Of a stretch of 64,000 bases of DNA, positions 1 through 9,656 are shown one piece after another (within the stretch, counting starts at the first letter, position 1; each line of letters starts with the position of its first letter). The notes below the pieces were generated by a model that was given only the letters and a program-made list of their open reading frames with translations, did not search any database and was not told the origin of the DNA. Position numbers and translations under genes: made by a program. The DNA is taken from positions 310,001 through 374,000 of IMG/VR virus record IMGVR_UViG_3300029893_000001. One strand, 5' to 3'.

Positions 1-316
1 GCCAAGCACACGGGATTCCATACTTGAGAGAACGGTAAAGGATCACAGGAATGTCGAATCGACGGCCTGACCAAGTCACAAGCATAGTGTCGTCGTCGAT
101 CTCAGCTCCAAACTTCTTCAGAGCCTCCGCTTCTGAGTGCTCGTTTAGCCCAAGAACACAAAGTTTTTGCAGGTCGAACGAGTTGCCGAGAACTGCGTAT
201 GAGATACACGCTACTCGGTGAAACACGGGAAGCGGAAATTCGAACCCCTTTTCATCTAGGCAAACCTTTTGGTCGGGGACTGTTTCTACGTCTACGATCA
301 CGCACTTCGTGGGCAT
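1..316 (-). CDS. PolB-type stand-alone 3'-5' exonuclease (partial, runs off window start)
   Basis: Not in the ORF track; hand translation from ATG at 316: MPTKCVIVDVETVPD...FPLPVFHRVACIS...LVTWSGRRFDIPVILYRSLKYGIP, with ExoI (DxE) and ExoII (GxxFD) motifs of the DNA_pol_B_exo2 type. Confidence 0.8.
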   Translation of the reverse strand, partial: MPTKCVIVDVETVPDQKVCLDEKGFEFPLPVFHRVACISYAVLGNSFDLQKLCVLGLNEHSEAEALKKFGAEIDDDTMLVTWSGRRFDIPVILYRSLKYGIPCAW

Positions 317-939
317 TACCACCTCCAACGGAAATTCCGGATCCATTCAGCCCTTCCCTCGGCAGGTTGGGATAGGAATTCTTCTTCTGTCCTTCTCATG
401 TCGCTATAGAAGTCTTGCACCTGCTCATAGGACGCATCCGTAGGATCGTAAGTATGGGGCTGCCACGGGTACTTGCCGTTGACTTTTAGATTGTCCTCCG
501 CTTCGATGACATGGCTAATGACGGTGCAGAATGTCTCGTATGTGGGGCATGACCTGTCGTAGTTGCACTCTTTAAGGTGCTGTTTCACATACAATTTCAC
601 AGGAAGCGGGCTGTGTCCGAGCTTCATGTTGAGCAGCGCTCCTGCGAAAACAATGTTGCTTCCCCCGCTTCCCCCGCCATCATTTACTACAGCCACAAGA
701 TGCTCTCGGGTAACCTCCCAGGGAGAGTACTTGAAATGCATAGTGGAGAGGTATGTATGGACCCCGGAGTAGAAACAGACCATCTCTTCGTCTAGGTTGT
801 TTCTATGCATCGATGCAATGACATGACGCCTTCTCGTTTTGACGCAGGCGGGTAGGTCTTCCCAAAGGTACTCCTTCAGGACAGGATTGTTCTGATCGCC
901 GCCAAAATGGCGGACGCGGTAAATCATAGGCCACGCCAT
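316..939 (-). CDS. hypothetical protein
   Basis: 207-aa ORF, stop overlaps the next start. Confidence 0.6.
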   Translation of the reverse strand: MAWPMIYRVRHFGGDQNNPVLKEYLWEDLPACVKTRRRHVIASMHRNNLDEEMVCFYSGVHTYLSTMHFKYSPWEVTREHLVAVVNDGGGSGGSNIVFAGALLNMKLGHSPLPVKLYVKQHLKECNYDRSCPTYETFCTVISHVIEAEDNLKVNGKYPWQPHTYDPTDASYEQVQDFYSDMRRTEEEFLSQPAEGRAEWIRNFRWRW

Positions 940-941
940 GA

Positions 942-1313
942 TCAGGCTCTGTTTCGAAACAAGAACCAGTAACTCGGGTTCTTGGTACTGTTGAACCGAT
1001 ACAGGTAGACCTTTTGGTCCTTGAACAGAATCTTCGGATCTTTGTGGGCTGGCACATCTGCAAGAAACGAGACGTATGAGTCCTGGGCAAAGACTTTCTG
1101 GATATCTCGCTTTAGTTGGAGGATGTACCCTAAGACGGAATTTCCCTCTCCCTCAACTGATGCTAGGGACACATAACTGTCCTCAAATCGTTTGAGGCGC
1201 TTAGGTCTGTTCACAACGACACCGGTTCGGACAACCCAAACAGTATCGGAGTGCGCAACGATCTTCCCCTCGGGGAAGGTATTCCACGGAATTACAGGTT
1301 CCTTGGAGGACAT
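942..1313 (-). CDS. hypothetical protein
   Basis: 123-aa ORF translationally coupled to the clamp gene. Confidence 0.6.
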   Translation of the reverse strand: MSSKEPVIPWNTFPEGKIVAHSDTVWVVRTGVVVNRPKRLKRFEDSYVSLASVEGEGNSVLGYILQLKRDIQKVFAQDSYVSFLADVPAHKDPKILFKDQKVYLYRFNSTKNPSYWFLFRNRA

Positions 1314-2389
1314 CAGGCCGCCACAGTGGGAATGAGAGCCTTGAACTTACCAGAAACACCAGAAATCAGCAAGAATGAGTCCCAAAATCCAATTTCTACA
1401 TCGCCTGCCTTCGCTAGATTGAGCATTTCTAGGGCGTACCTGGACGATATTTTGGTCAAGAATTTGTCAGTATCCGCCGATACGAGCCCGAGGGAGGTTT
1501 GGGCCGATCCGTGATCGGCTGCACATCTAAAGTGTGCTCGGTTGCCCTTGATGAGAAGATCGATATACGTGTCGTATGCAACCGCCCCCATATGAATAGA
1601 GCTAACTTCTCGGATTGCCTTGGATAGGTCCTCGGCGGTTGTTTTGATGAGGCAGGCTCTCTTGTCGTAATCAATACCCTTTGAGATCCATTCATCGATA
1701 TCGTCTGGTGTAGATTGAATCGCTGGGTGATAGATGTCCAACACATCCGTCTTGAGCCTAAATGTACCCTTGAACACCCCCAATCGGGTTTCCAAGTCTT
1801 GGACGCGACTTAGCACAGTGTGTAAGAATGCGGGCTGAAGCAGGACGTCGAACTCGGTCTGCGGCACCGCAAGGTCCTCTTTGAAGAGGGTTGCACGGTA
1901 ACCATCCGTTGTGGAGATGACAAGTTGCTCCCCTGCTTGAATCCTGATGCCTGCTTGGGCTCCAGGTAGGGCAGACCCGAACGCAACACGCGAAACAGCC
2001 GCCTTGAAGACTTCAGTCGGAACGCACACCTTAGCCTTGAAGGGCTTCTCTGGTCGGGAACCTTCAATTTCTTCCCCATCCGAGCTTCCTGCCACCGTCC
2101 CTTTGAATCGACCAGACTTAAATGAGACGTGTTTCCCGTCGGCCACTAGTGTAACCTGGTCAGAGAACGAAAGCTGCGCAAAATGGGCGCAAGCCAGCAC
2201 GATCTGACCCGCTTCTTCTACATTCGCGTCTAAAGCCTGTTTGCAGTAGATTCCATTGCGGCCTGCCTCCAGGATGAGACGGCCGCTTGTCGGGTCAGAC
2301 GTAGCTAGGACTTCTGCTTCGGCGTTAAAGAGAACCGCTACGGTCTTCATCGCATCGCGAAATGCGGATCCTTCTAAGGTGACTTTCAT
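1313..2389 (-). CDS. dnaN: DNA polymerase III beta-type sliding clamp (divergent)
   Basis: 358 aa (beta-clamp size), STTDGYRA resembling the ATDGHRL motif, replication-gene context. Confidence 0.75.
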   Translation of the reverse strand: MKVTLEGSAFRDAMKTVAVLFNAEAEVLATSDPTSGRLILEAGRNGIYCKQALDANVEEAGQIVLACAHFAQLSFSDQVTLVADGKHVSFKSGRFKGTVAGSSDGEEIEGSRPEKPFKAKVCVPTEVFKAAVSRVAFGSALPGAQAGIRIQAGEQLVISTTDGYRATLFKEDLAVPQTEFDVLLQPAFLHTVLSRVQDLETRLGVFKGTFRLKTDVLDIYHPAIQSTPDDIDEWISKGIDYDKRACLIKTTAEDLSKAIREVSSIHMGAVAYDTYIDLLIKGNRAHFRCAADHGSAQTSLGLVSADTDKFLTKISSRYALEMLNLAKAGDVEIGFWDSFLLISGVSGKFKALIPTVAA

Positions 2390-2853
2390 TTCAGACTCAA
2401 GAGGTATGAGGTGAACGTATTGTTCGTGAGTGCAAAGTCTCCTCGGCGTTCCTTGATTAGCTGAATAGCTTCAGCAGCAGGAAGGCCAAACCTTTTCATC
2501 AAGATCAGGGCGGTCAGGAGCCCACTACGATTGCGTCCCGCCATACAAGTGACGAGAATCCTTTTTCCTGCCTTGTGCTCTGCCGTCAACTCGTCGGCTG
2601 CCGCATGCAGAGCACGTACAACGCTGGGTATCAACGCTGTATTGCTGTCGTCGTAGGGGATACGAATTACCCGCTTCGAGCGGTCCTCATCTGGAAGGGT
2701 CACATGCGGCTGCCATTCCCCGGCACAGAGGACAAGGATATCAAACTCCTCGAAGGCGGCACTTGAATCCAGGAGCGCTCCGCCCATCGCCAAGTTTGGC
2801 TGGATGATGTTGTAGCTGTACTTGACGGGTAAGGCGAACGTCGGAGGCTTCAT
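2386..2853 (-). CDS. dual-specificity protein phosphatase
   Basis: CX5R signature VTCMAGRNRSG, upstream IPYDD acid loop. Confidence 0.9.
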   Translation of the reverse strand: MKPPTFALPVKYSYNIIQPNLAMGGALLDSSAAFEEFDILVLCAGEWQPHVTLPDEDRSKRVIRIPYDDSNTALIPSVVRALHAAADELTAEHKAGKRILVTCMAGRNRSGLLTALILMKRFGLPAAEAIQLIKERRGDFALTNNTFTSYLLSLK

Positions 2854-3239
2854 CAGTAGCCCTCGTAAGGAACGTCTTCACGGTGGGAGGGTCCCATCCC
2901 TCGGATGTACCTAGAAACGGGACAGTGGTTTTCGCAATACGGCTCATCGTGAGGGCAAGGGTCGCCCACCCAGCGCTGACGAGCAGCGCATCGATTGTCG
3001 CATGTGAACTTTACAAGCTCTTCGACAGTCGTCTCGTTTGTGCCTCGCTCACCAAAAAGCTCGTAAACACAACACGAGCGTGGAGGCTGACGAATAATTG
3101 TCCTGAAGATGCAAAGATCGCGATACCAACAAGACGAACAAACCTCACTGACAGGTGTCGGCGAGGCTCGCACTACATCGTGTTTTCGCTCTTCGTACTT
3201 TTTTCGAAGAAGCTGAGACTTCGAAATGAAATTGGGCAT
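2853..3239 (-). CDS. Cys-rich hypothetical protein
   Basis: Multiple CxxC/CxxxC motifs; coupled stop/start. Confidence 0.55.
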   Translation of the reverse strand: MPNFISKSQLLRKKYEERKHDVVRASPTPVSEVCSSCWYRDLCIFRTIIRQPPRSCCVYELFGERGTNETTVEELVKFTCDNRCAARQRWVGDPCPHDEPYCENHCPVSRYIRGMGPSHREDVPYEGY

Positions 3240-3493
3240 TACGACCTAGGGGGCGGTACAGAGTCAGGCTGCGGAGCGCTCCCATTCTCTTTCGAACGCT
3301 GACGAGTAATTCGTTCTACTTTGCATGAAGGACATGCAGTACTAGAAAGTGGGTAGTGTAATGAGCAATTTGCGCATGCACTCGTTAGTGCTGGCTGAGT
3401 CAACGTGCTTCTCTTGCACCTAGGGCATTGAGCTGGAATTCGCCCTCCCCCGGCAAATAACCCACTGAACCCGCAGGAACACTGGACTTTCAT
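3239..3493 (-). CDS. double zinc-ribbon protein
   Basis: Likely start MKVQCSCG at 3493 overlapping the upstream TGA; four Cys pairs. Confidence 0.6.
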   Translation of the reverse strand: MKVQCSCGFSGLFAGGGRIPAQCPRCKRSTLTQPALTSACANCSLHYPLSSTACPSCKVERITRQRSKENGSAPQPDSVPPPRS

Positions 3494-3741
3494 CAGTTTA
3501 CTCCGCCTCGAACGTGGGGCCCATTCGCCGGGAGATCTCCAGTGAACTGAGGATCTGAAGTCATGCGGCAAGCTACGCAGTTCTTGACTCCTAGCGGCAC
3601 CTTACCCTTGCATTTTTCGCAAGCCCCAAATTCTTCGTACCTCAATAGCTTTGAGCATCGGGGGCACTTTTCCGGTTTTTCGTCCGAGAAAAGCTGAATT
3701 CTAGCGTGGCAAGAGTTACAGTGGGCGTAGGTGGGCCGCAT
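3493..3741 (-). CDS. double zinc-ribbon protein
   Basis: Four CxxC pairs in 82 aa. Confidence 0.6.
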   Translation of the reverse strand: MRPTYAHCNSCHARIQLFSDEKPEKCPRCSKLLRYEEFGACEKCKGKVPLGVKNCVACRMTSDPQFTGDLPANGPHVRGGVN

Positions 3742-3745
3742 TTGG

Positions 3746-3964
3746 TTACTTGTGGCGGAATGTGATTATTCCGTGTGTTAGGTCATAAGGGGACAACGCA
3801 ACATCAACGTCATCTCCAAGAATAACACGGATTCTGTTTTTCCGCATCTTTCCGCATAGCTTGGCAGTCACTTCGACGCCATTTGGCATGGTAACGCGGA
3901 ACTGGCCACCAGGATGAACATCGGTCACCTTGCCAGTGAGCTGTACATGCGAATCTTTAGGCAT
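3746..3964 (-). CDS. infA: translation initiation factor IF-1
   Basis: 72 aa, GKMRKNRIRVILGDDVDVALSPYDLTHGIITFR, typical IF-1. Confidence 0.97.
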   Translation of the reverse strand: MPKDSHVQLTGKVTDVHPGGQFRVTMPNGVEVTAKLCGKMRKNRIRVILGDDVDVALSPYDLTHGIITFRHK

Positions 3965-3968
3965 ACCT

Positions 3969-5300
3969 CTATCTAATTCCCTTCATAGAATCGACCTTGG
4001 TTTTGGTCGACAGGTCAACGTCTGGGTCACCTCCATGGTGATCCGAAATTGTCATTCTGGAGAAGTCCTCCAGGAGCTGGAACTTGAAAGGAGCCCATCC
4101 TCGGACAGCAGGCTGGTCAATCGTGATAATGTGAGTGCCCTGCTCTTCCTCTCCATATTTCCAAGTCCAGACGGTGTTGGCATGTTCGGCTAGACCTCGG
4201 GCGTATCTCAAAGAGCCGTCTTCGTTCATCTGTGTGGGTGCGATAATTAAAGCCCCGAGGTCCTTCGTCAGAAGCTTCAGATCACGCGCGAGATCATTTA
4301 GCTTCTGCCAGTCCTGCATCTTGTCCCCCTGGGGATGATCCAGAAGGTTGATGTAGTCGATGACGATAACCTTGTACTTGAACGGCTTTAGCTTAATCCG
4401 GAGTTGAGAGATGCTCACATGGCTGGCAGGCCACACAGTGAATCGGCAGTTGTTTTTTAGACCGTGTGCCTTGAACCTACGCCAAGCCTTCTGCATAGCA
4501 GTAAGCTCAAGGGAACCCATGGTTTTTGTTCGGATCTTAGTGTGCTCCACACCAGAAAGATGGGAGATCAAACGTTCAGCCGTTTCTTGCTTGTTCATCT
4601 CCAGAGGGATGTATACGACGTCCACGTCATTGAGCCTGTACATGTTGCTGGTCATGTTCAGGGTCAAAATGGACTTCCCTCCTTTCTTGTGGCTCGCAGG
4701 GATGAACAAGTCGGTTGTGCCGAATCCCCCGGTAACCTTGTCGAAGTTACCAAAGGTACTTGGAAGTAGTTTGACGGGCTCGTTAGAGAAGACCTCTTCC
4801 ATTAGTTCGTCGGCCTCGTCAGGCTCTGTTCCTTTTCCGACGTGATATAGCTTCTCTTCTCCGGCCTCTGAGCGCATGTCAGAAAGACATGTCTCCATGT
4901 CGCCCATCAACTTGTCTACGTCGACTTTTCTCTCCTGCTTGAGCATTCCTAGGCTGTCCTGCCCGAAGCGATAAAACCTACGAATTACTCGGTAGTGCTC
5001 CAGCGTTTCAAACAGCCTCTTTGCGTCGTCGACCCTTTGGACAGGACTGACAGTAGGGCTCTTTAGGAGGTCTGCCGTATCTTGTTCAAGCTCGGGGTGC
5101 TCCAGGAAGGTTTCCATGGAGGGAAGGTCTAGTGCCGACTTTACGAGCATCGATTCGATAACGCGGTACGCGCCGTGCATCGGACGATACCCAAAATGGT
5201 CCGGTGACAGACTCCCTAGCAGCTCAACTTTGACTTTGTTGGGGCTCTGCAAACAAGAAAGGATAGCTTTCGTCTCTGCTTTGGGTCTTACGATCTTCAT
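3969..5300 (-). CDS. dnaB: DnaB-like replicative helicase
   Basis: FDKVTGGF, Walker A-like ASHKKGGKS, LEM, VIDYINLL, PTQMN. Confidence 0.88.
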   Translation of the reverse strand: MKIVRPKAETKAILSCLQSPNKVKVELLGSLSPDHFGYRPMHGAYRVIESMLVKSALDLPSMETFLEHPELEQDTADLLKSPTVSPVQRVDDAKRLFETLEHYRVIRRFYRFGQDSLGMLKQERKVDVDKLMGDMETCLSDMRSEAGEEKLYHVGKGTEPDEADELMEEVFSNEPVKLLPSTFGNFDKVTGGFGTTDLFIPASHKKGGKSILTLNMTSNMYRLNDVDVVYIPLEMNKQETAERLISHLSGVEHTKIRTKTMGSLELTAMQKAWRRFKAHGLKNNCRFTVWPASHVSISQLRIKLKPFKYKVIVIDYINLLDHPQGDKMQDWQKLNDLARDLKLLTKDLGALIIAPTQMNEDGSLRYARGLAEHANTVWTWKYGEEEQGTHIITIDQPAVRGWAPFKFQLLEDFSRMTISDHHGGDPDVDLSTKTKVDSMKGIR

Positions 5301-5309
5301 AGGCTCCGC

Positions 5310-5876
5310 TCAGGCAAAGGTCTTCTCACTTACTACGTTGGAATCTAGGTAGAAGACTGCGTTGAATTTGAGCTTGAGCCTACGGATCAAAACAGTAGGG
5401 TCTCCCGTTGCACACAGAAGCCTAAAGCAAGTCTTGTGACGATGGCACCAGTCCCTAACACTCTGGATCCTCTCGGGAGGGGCTTCGTCATAAATATTGG
5501 TCAGCATGAACACCGTCTCGTCATTGACCTCTTCCTCCCGAATTCTGGAGGATTCGGTAATTTGAACCCGGATCTCCTGCTCCAGTGCTCGTTTCATCAG
5601 GTCATAGCCCTGACTAATGGACATGTCGTCATCGACATCGGACGAGACTAAAATGAGATAGGGCTTTGAAAACATCTCCCCTGAACGCAGGCGAGCAAAC
5701 CACTCAGCCTGAATCTTTGGGGATATGTTGTCGTCGTCAAAAACGACTAGCTTGAATCTGGGCTCATCTATCAGGATTGGCCCCCAAGCCGTCGAGGGGA
5801 TTTCGGCCGCGTAGTACAGAGCGTCCTTAGTGGTCTTGATGAAGTGAAAGTCTTGCGTACGCTTTCCAGTTCTCAT
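5310..5876 (-). CDS. hypothetical protein, possibly degenerate helicase-loader-like fold
   Basis: Directly upstream of dnaB; no intact Walker A, so the function is context-based only. Confidence 0.4.
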   Translation of the reverse strand: MRTGKRTQDFHFIKTTKDALYYAAEIPSTAWGPILIDEPRFKLVVFDDDNISPKIQAEWFARLRSGEMFSKPYLILVSSDVDDDMSISQGYDLMKRALEQEIRVQITESSRIREEEVNDETVFMLTNIYDEAPPERIQSVRDWCHRHKTCFRLLCATGDPTVLIRRLKLKFNAVFYLDSNVVSEKTFA

Positions 5877-6676
5877 GCAGACTCCGTCTTTACACGGACC
5901 TCGCGTACGCCCCCTTTGTTGGTGAAACTTACGAAGACCTGCATTCCCACTTTAGGATCTTCTGGGCCTACGAACGAGGCCTTGGCAAACGGCAGAATTT
6001 CTGTTCCGATCTGGATGCGTCCTCGTCCGTCGTCGAATGAAAAGACGGTTCCAGGCTTGCCCCCACGGGAATTCCAAAAGTTGGCGCGCACCCGGGACAC
6101 TGCCTCACGTCCATAGAGGTTCTCTGCTCGCATCTTGAGGAACGTCAGCCCTTGCTCTATAGCATCATCGATTGCTTTATGGGTGTGGGGCAGGTCTCTA
6201 TCGAACCACCGAGACGGCCACGATCTCTTGCCAGAGTGGCGGTACGACTGCTTTCTTGAGGCGGAGACGTATGTCTTCATATCGATGCACGAGAAGCTGA
6301 ACGGGCTCTCACCTACGAAGTACATCATGTACACGTACATGAAGGTGAAATCGAAACCTGAAGGCATGCACACTGCCACGCGTTGGTCGCCAGGGATGGA
6401 CTTGACCCAGTCTACAAAGTCCTGCATCGCTCTCGCTGGGTCTACCGTGTTTGTGGTGCAGTAGTTCCAGGCCTCAGGTTCTTTTGCCCAAAACTCGGTC
6501 ATCGTTCTTTCATCTTGCACTGCTCCAGGTAAGGGAGTGAGGTTGCGCTCGAAGCTTCCCAGTACCGAACCCTCCTCAGAGAACGCAACGCAAGCGAACG
6601 AAAGCATCGAATTCTTGATGGGAATCGGACCATCAGTTTCGATGTCGATGCTGAAAAAGACTTCTGTCATACTCAC
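5873..6676 (-). CDS. DEDDh 3'-5' exo(ribo)nuclease with C-terminal cold-shock-like domain
   Basis: SIDIETDGP, GFDF, HKAIDDAIEQ; C-terminus GTVFSFDDGRGRI...PKVGMQVFV resembles a CSD/OB fold. Confidence 0.85.
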   Translation of the reverse strand: MSMTEVFFSIDIETDGPIPIKNSMLSFACVAFSEEGSVLGSFERNLTPLPGAVQDERTMTEFWAKEPEAWNYCTTNTVDPARAMQDFVDWVKSIPGDQRVAVCMPSGFDFTFMYVYMMYFVGESPFSFSCIDMKTYVSASRKQSYRHSGKRSWPSRWFDRDLPHTHKAIDDAIEQGLTFLKMRAENLYGREAVSRVRANFWNSRGGKPGTVFSFDDGRGRIQIGTEILPFAKASFVGPEDPKVGMQVFVSFTNKGGVREVRVKTESA

Positions 6677-7146
6677 ATCCTAGGGCAAGACCACCGCTTG
6701 CAATCTTTCATGCCGGGAGGGCAGGAGCAATCGTCACTAGCCTTATCAAGGTCCTGTGCGTTCGTTAAGGGCGCGTGGTCCCGTGGATCGTTGAGGATCT
6801 CTACTCTCCAAGCTCCGGCAGAGACAGCGGCCGTTACAAATTCGAGTACGCGTTCTAGGCTGTCCGTTTTAGCGTATGAAGTCTGGACTCCGGGATTCGA
6901 GTCCGACTGCTGACGTACCGTGATTTTATACCTACGTCGTGTTGGAGGTTCATAGAAATAGTGGGTACCCATGTCTCCGCGCTCCATCACGATTTCCCCC
7001 GAGTCAGCCATTGTGTATAGGATCTTCGCGACTTTCGTAAAGGGAAAATCAGTCGTGACTTGCTCTACTTGGTAGAGGGCTACGCCTTCCTCAGAGCGGA
7101 TCACTTCTAGGATTTTTTCACGGATCTTTTCTTCATCCCGCGTCAT
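6673..7146 (-). CDS. hypothetical protein, possible N-terminal winged helix
   Basis: 157-aa coupled ORF. Confidence 0.5.
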   Translation of the reverse strand: MTRDEEKIREKILEVIRSEEGVALYQVEQVTTDFPFTKVAKILYTMADSGEIVMERGDMGTHYFYEPPTRRRYKITVRQQSDSNPGVQTSYAKTDSLERVLEFVTAAVSAGAWRVEILNDPRDHAPLTNAQDLDKASDDCSCPPGMKDCKRWSCPRM

Positions 7147-8828
7147 TCGTCGTCCTTAAATGAATCAAGCCATTCTTTCATGGTCTTAGGTCGCCGTTCC
7201 TTGGGAAGGCTCTCTGTACTTTGGGCAAAATCGAAGCCCCACTTCTTGTACAGCTTGTCCCTGAATCCCACCGCCGAGCCAGCCATGCTGTGGCTTGAGT
7301 GCCAGGTATATATGTGAACTCTTGGTTGCGGCTTCTCCCACTGTATGTTGTGGGTCTTCAGAAACTCGATGTTGGCACCAGACAAGTAACGGCGTACACG
7401 ACCTACTCGCTGCTCTTCTCTTTCCTTACCGAAGTTAGGAAAAGGCTGATGGATTGAATCGAGCGGAGGGATGTTGACGTTCTCATTGATCACTTGGGTT
7501 CCGATGATCACGCTTATGCGGCCACTTAGCAGCTCTTCTGCGTACCAGTTTTGCTCTTTCAGCTCCTGACCGCCGATCATCAACTCGCACCCGAATCCTT
7601 GCAGCTTTAGCTTCTGCTGAAGTCTAAACGCGTGATTCCTGCGCTCCGTGACTACAAGGATCTTACGTCCCTCTTCGCACTCCTTCAGGACTTCTTCGTA
7701 CAACGCCTCCTGATAATGGGCATTCCTGGCAAGGAAATTGACTAGTACAGGGAGCATGTACCTGCCCTTGAAAACCCGGTCAGGCACGTGGATGTTTGTC
7801 GGATGATAGATGACGATTGGTGTCATCTGCTCCTTTCGACCCCGTGCAGTTACTGGCCCAAGCGTGTCAAATATCGCGACGTGGGTCTGGTCTTTCCTAG
7901 ACGGAGTCGCCGTCTGGCCGCCTCGGTAATATGAGTTGAAGGCCCTTGTCGCTTGGTGGAATGTGGGCGCAGATTCATGGTGGGCTTCTTCACACCACAC
8001 CACACCAAAGTAGTTGGATAGCTTCTTACGGAGCTTTTTGCCCCTCTTCGAAGCCAAAGCCTGGAAGGTAGCAAACGTGATAGGGTAGTACTTACCTGGC
8101 CGGCTGACGAACTTACGGACAGGATTCCCCTCCTTATCTGTGCCCCACTTCCAGTCCTTGTTGAGAATTCCCACCAAATGCTCGCCGTGCTGCTCTTCCA
8201 GCTCGGCTATGTTTGTGTGTTCATAGAGTCCTTCAAATCCGACCATCAAATGTCGGACTTCCTGCGCCAAAAGAAGAACGCGAAAGCCCATCTTCGCAAC
8301 CAGCCAAGCCCATACTACAGTCTTTCCCCAGCCGGTGGGGGCCTGGATGATTCCGTATCCCTTCTTGAGCCAAACATTAGCGACTTCTTGCTGTTCTGGG
8401 TAGAGCTTACGATGACACTTTAGCTTGAATCCTAATTTGGGGGCGACGCGCTGATCGTCGATCCCAAGGTGGCCGAACACACGGTTAATCTTGCCCATGT
8501 TTCCACGAGCAAACGTTGTCCAGCCATCTTCTCGCCTTGCGTAAGTACGGAGAACGATTTCCTTCGTTACAGGAAGCTTTTTGTGAGTGAAGTGCTTGCA
8601 AACGTCATCGAGTGTATACCCCTTTGACTCACAAGTGACTCGACCTGGGCGCCACTTCTTTCCCCAGAGATCACAATTCGCGCATTGGGTAGGGAGATCA
8701 ACCATCGGTTGGTACTCCACCTCTTCAAAGCGATATGTGAACTCTTCTTCAGCTTCCGGCTCTACGTATTCTGACGGAACCCAGAGTACGTTGTTCAGGA
8801 CGCAAAGAGCATCGTCCTCGTTCGACAT
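7143..8828 (-). CDS. superfamily 2 helicase (UvsW/XPB-like)
   Basis: APTGWGKT, CEEAHH (DEAH variant), TATP, QRVGRVRR. Confidence 0.9.
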   Translation of the reverse strand: MSNEDDALCVLNNVLWVPSEYVEPEAEEEFTYRFEEVEYQPMVDLPTQCANCDLWGKKWRPGRVTCESKGYTLDDVCKHFTHKKLPVTKEIVLRTYARREDGWTTFARGNMGKINRVFGHLGIDDQRVAPKLGFKLKCHRKLYPEQQEVANVWLKKGYGIIQAPTGWGKTVVWAWLVAKMGFRVLLLAQEVRHLMVGFEGLYEHTNIAELEEQHGEHLVGILNKDWKWGTDKEGNPVRKFVSRPGKYYPITFATFQALASKRGKKLRKKLSNYFGVVWCEEAHHESAPTFHQATRAFNSYYRGGQTATPSRKDQTHVAIFDTLGPVTARGRKEQMTPIVIYHPTNIHVPDRVFKGRYMLPVLVNFLARNAHYQEALYEEVLKECEEGRKILVVTERRNHAFRLQQKLKLQGFGCELMIGGQELKEQNWYAEELLSGRISVIIGTQVINENVNIPPLDSIHQPFPNFGKEREEQRVGRVRRYLSGANIEFLKTHNIQWEKPQPRVHIYTWHSSHSMAGSAVGFRDKLYKKWGFDFAQSTESLPKERRPKTMKEWLDSFKDDE

Positions 8829-9292
8829 TACTTACCTGTACTGCCGAATCCACCGGATCCGCGCTCCGTCTCGGACAAGGACTCGCTGACCTGGAACTCA
8901 ACATCAGGTAACCTACAGATGACAAGCTGGGCAATCTTTTCCCCTGCCTTCACCTGGTAAGCAGGACCAGTGTTGTAGAGAATTACCTGCACTTCCCCTC
9001 GATAGTCAGCATCGATGGTACCAGGAGCGTTGAGAACTGTGATACCATGCTTGAGTGCTAGACCGCTTCGAGGGCGAACTTGACCCTCATAACCTGGAGG
9101 GATCTCCATCGCGACGCCAGTTCGAATCAGCGTCCGGCCCCCAGGTAGGATCTTGGCATCCTCGATAGCATACAGGTCAAATCCTGCAGAGTCCTTGGTG
9201 GCCCTTTCAGGAAGTACTGCATTCTCGTGAAGCTTTTGTAGCCCCACGACAACCTTCTGCTTAGGTGCCATCTTTGCTGTCTTTTTAGCCAT
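8828..9292 (-). CDS. dut: trimeric dUTPase
   Basis: AGFDL, RPRSGLA, GTIDADYRGE, RGSGGFGSTG. Confidence 0.98.
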   Translation of the reverse strand: MAKKTAKMAPKQKVVVGLQKLHENAVLPERATKDSAGFDLYAIEDAKILPGGRTLIRTGVAMEIPPGYEGQVRPRSGLALKHGITVLNAPGTIDADYRGEVQVILYNTGPAYQVKAGEKIAQLVICRLPDVEFQVSESLSETERGSGGFGSTGK

Positions 9293-9636
9293 TATTCATT
9301 CTCCTGACGGACGCCACGAAATGCCTCAGAGTCCAGGGTGAGTTCGCCAGGAGAACCCTGAAGCTGTCGACGCCGTTCGTCATTTATTACGTTTAGAAGT
9401 ATGCGGAACCCGTGCTTTGCAGCCACGGCGTTCACAATCACCTCAACGGCCGAGATCGTGGTTCGCTTCGAACCAATGATCTTAGCAATCTCGGTTGAAG
9501 GTCCTGTAATCTCGATTGCACCAGTGACGCCTACGTGCGCTCCATCTATCTGGAGTGTGTCGGAGTCGTCGACTAGTTCTTCACACATGTGTTCGACAAG
9601 TGCGAACACCTTCCCAAAGCCTTCGTCGTTTGCCAT
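9292..9636 (-). CDS. KhpA/YlqC-like KH-domain protein
   Basis: LVEHMCEELVDDSD...EIAKIIGSKRTTISAV follows the KhpA layout, but the GxxG loop is altered. Confidence 0.7.
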   Translation of the reverse strand: MANDEGFGKVFALVEHMCEELVDDSDTLQIDGAHVGVTGAIEITGPSTEIAKIIGSKRTTISAVEVIVNAVAAKHGFRILLNVINDERRRQLQGSPGELTLDSEAFRGVRQENE

Positions 9637-9656
9637 GAGCCCCCTTTACAGGTTGC

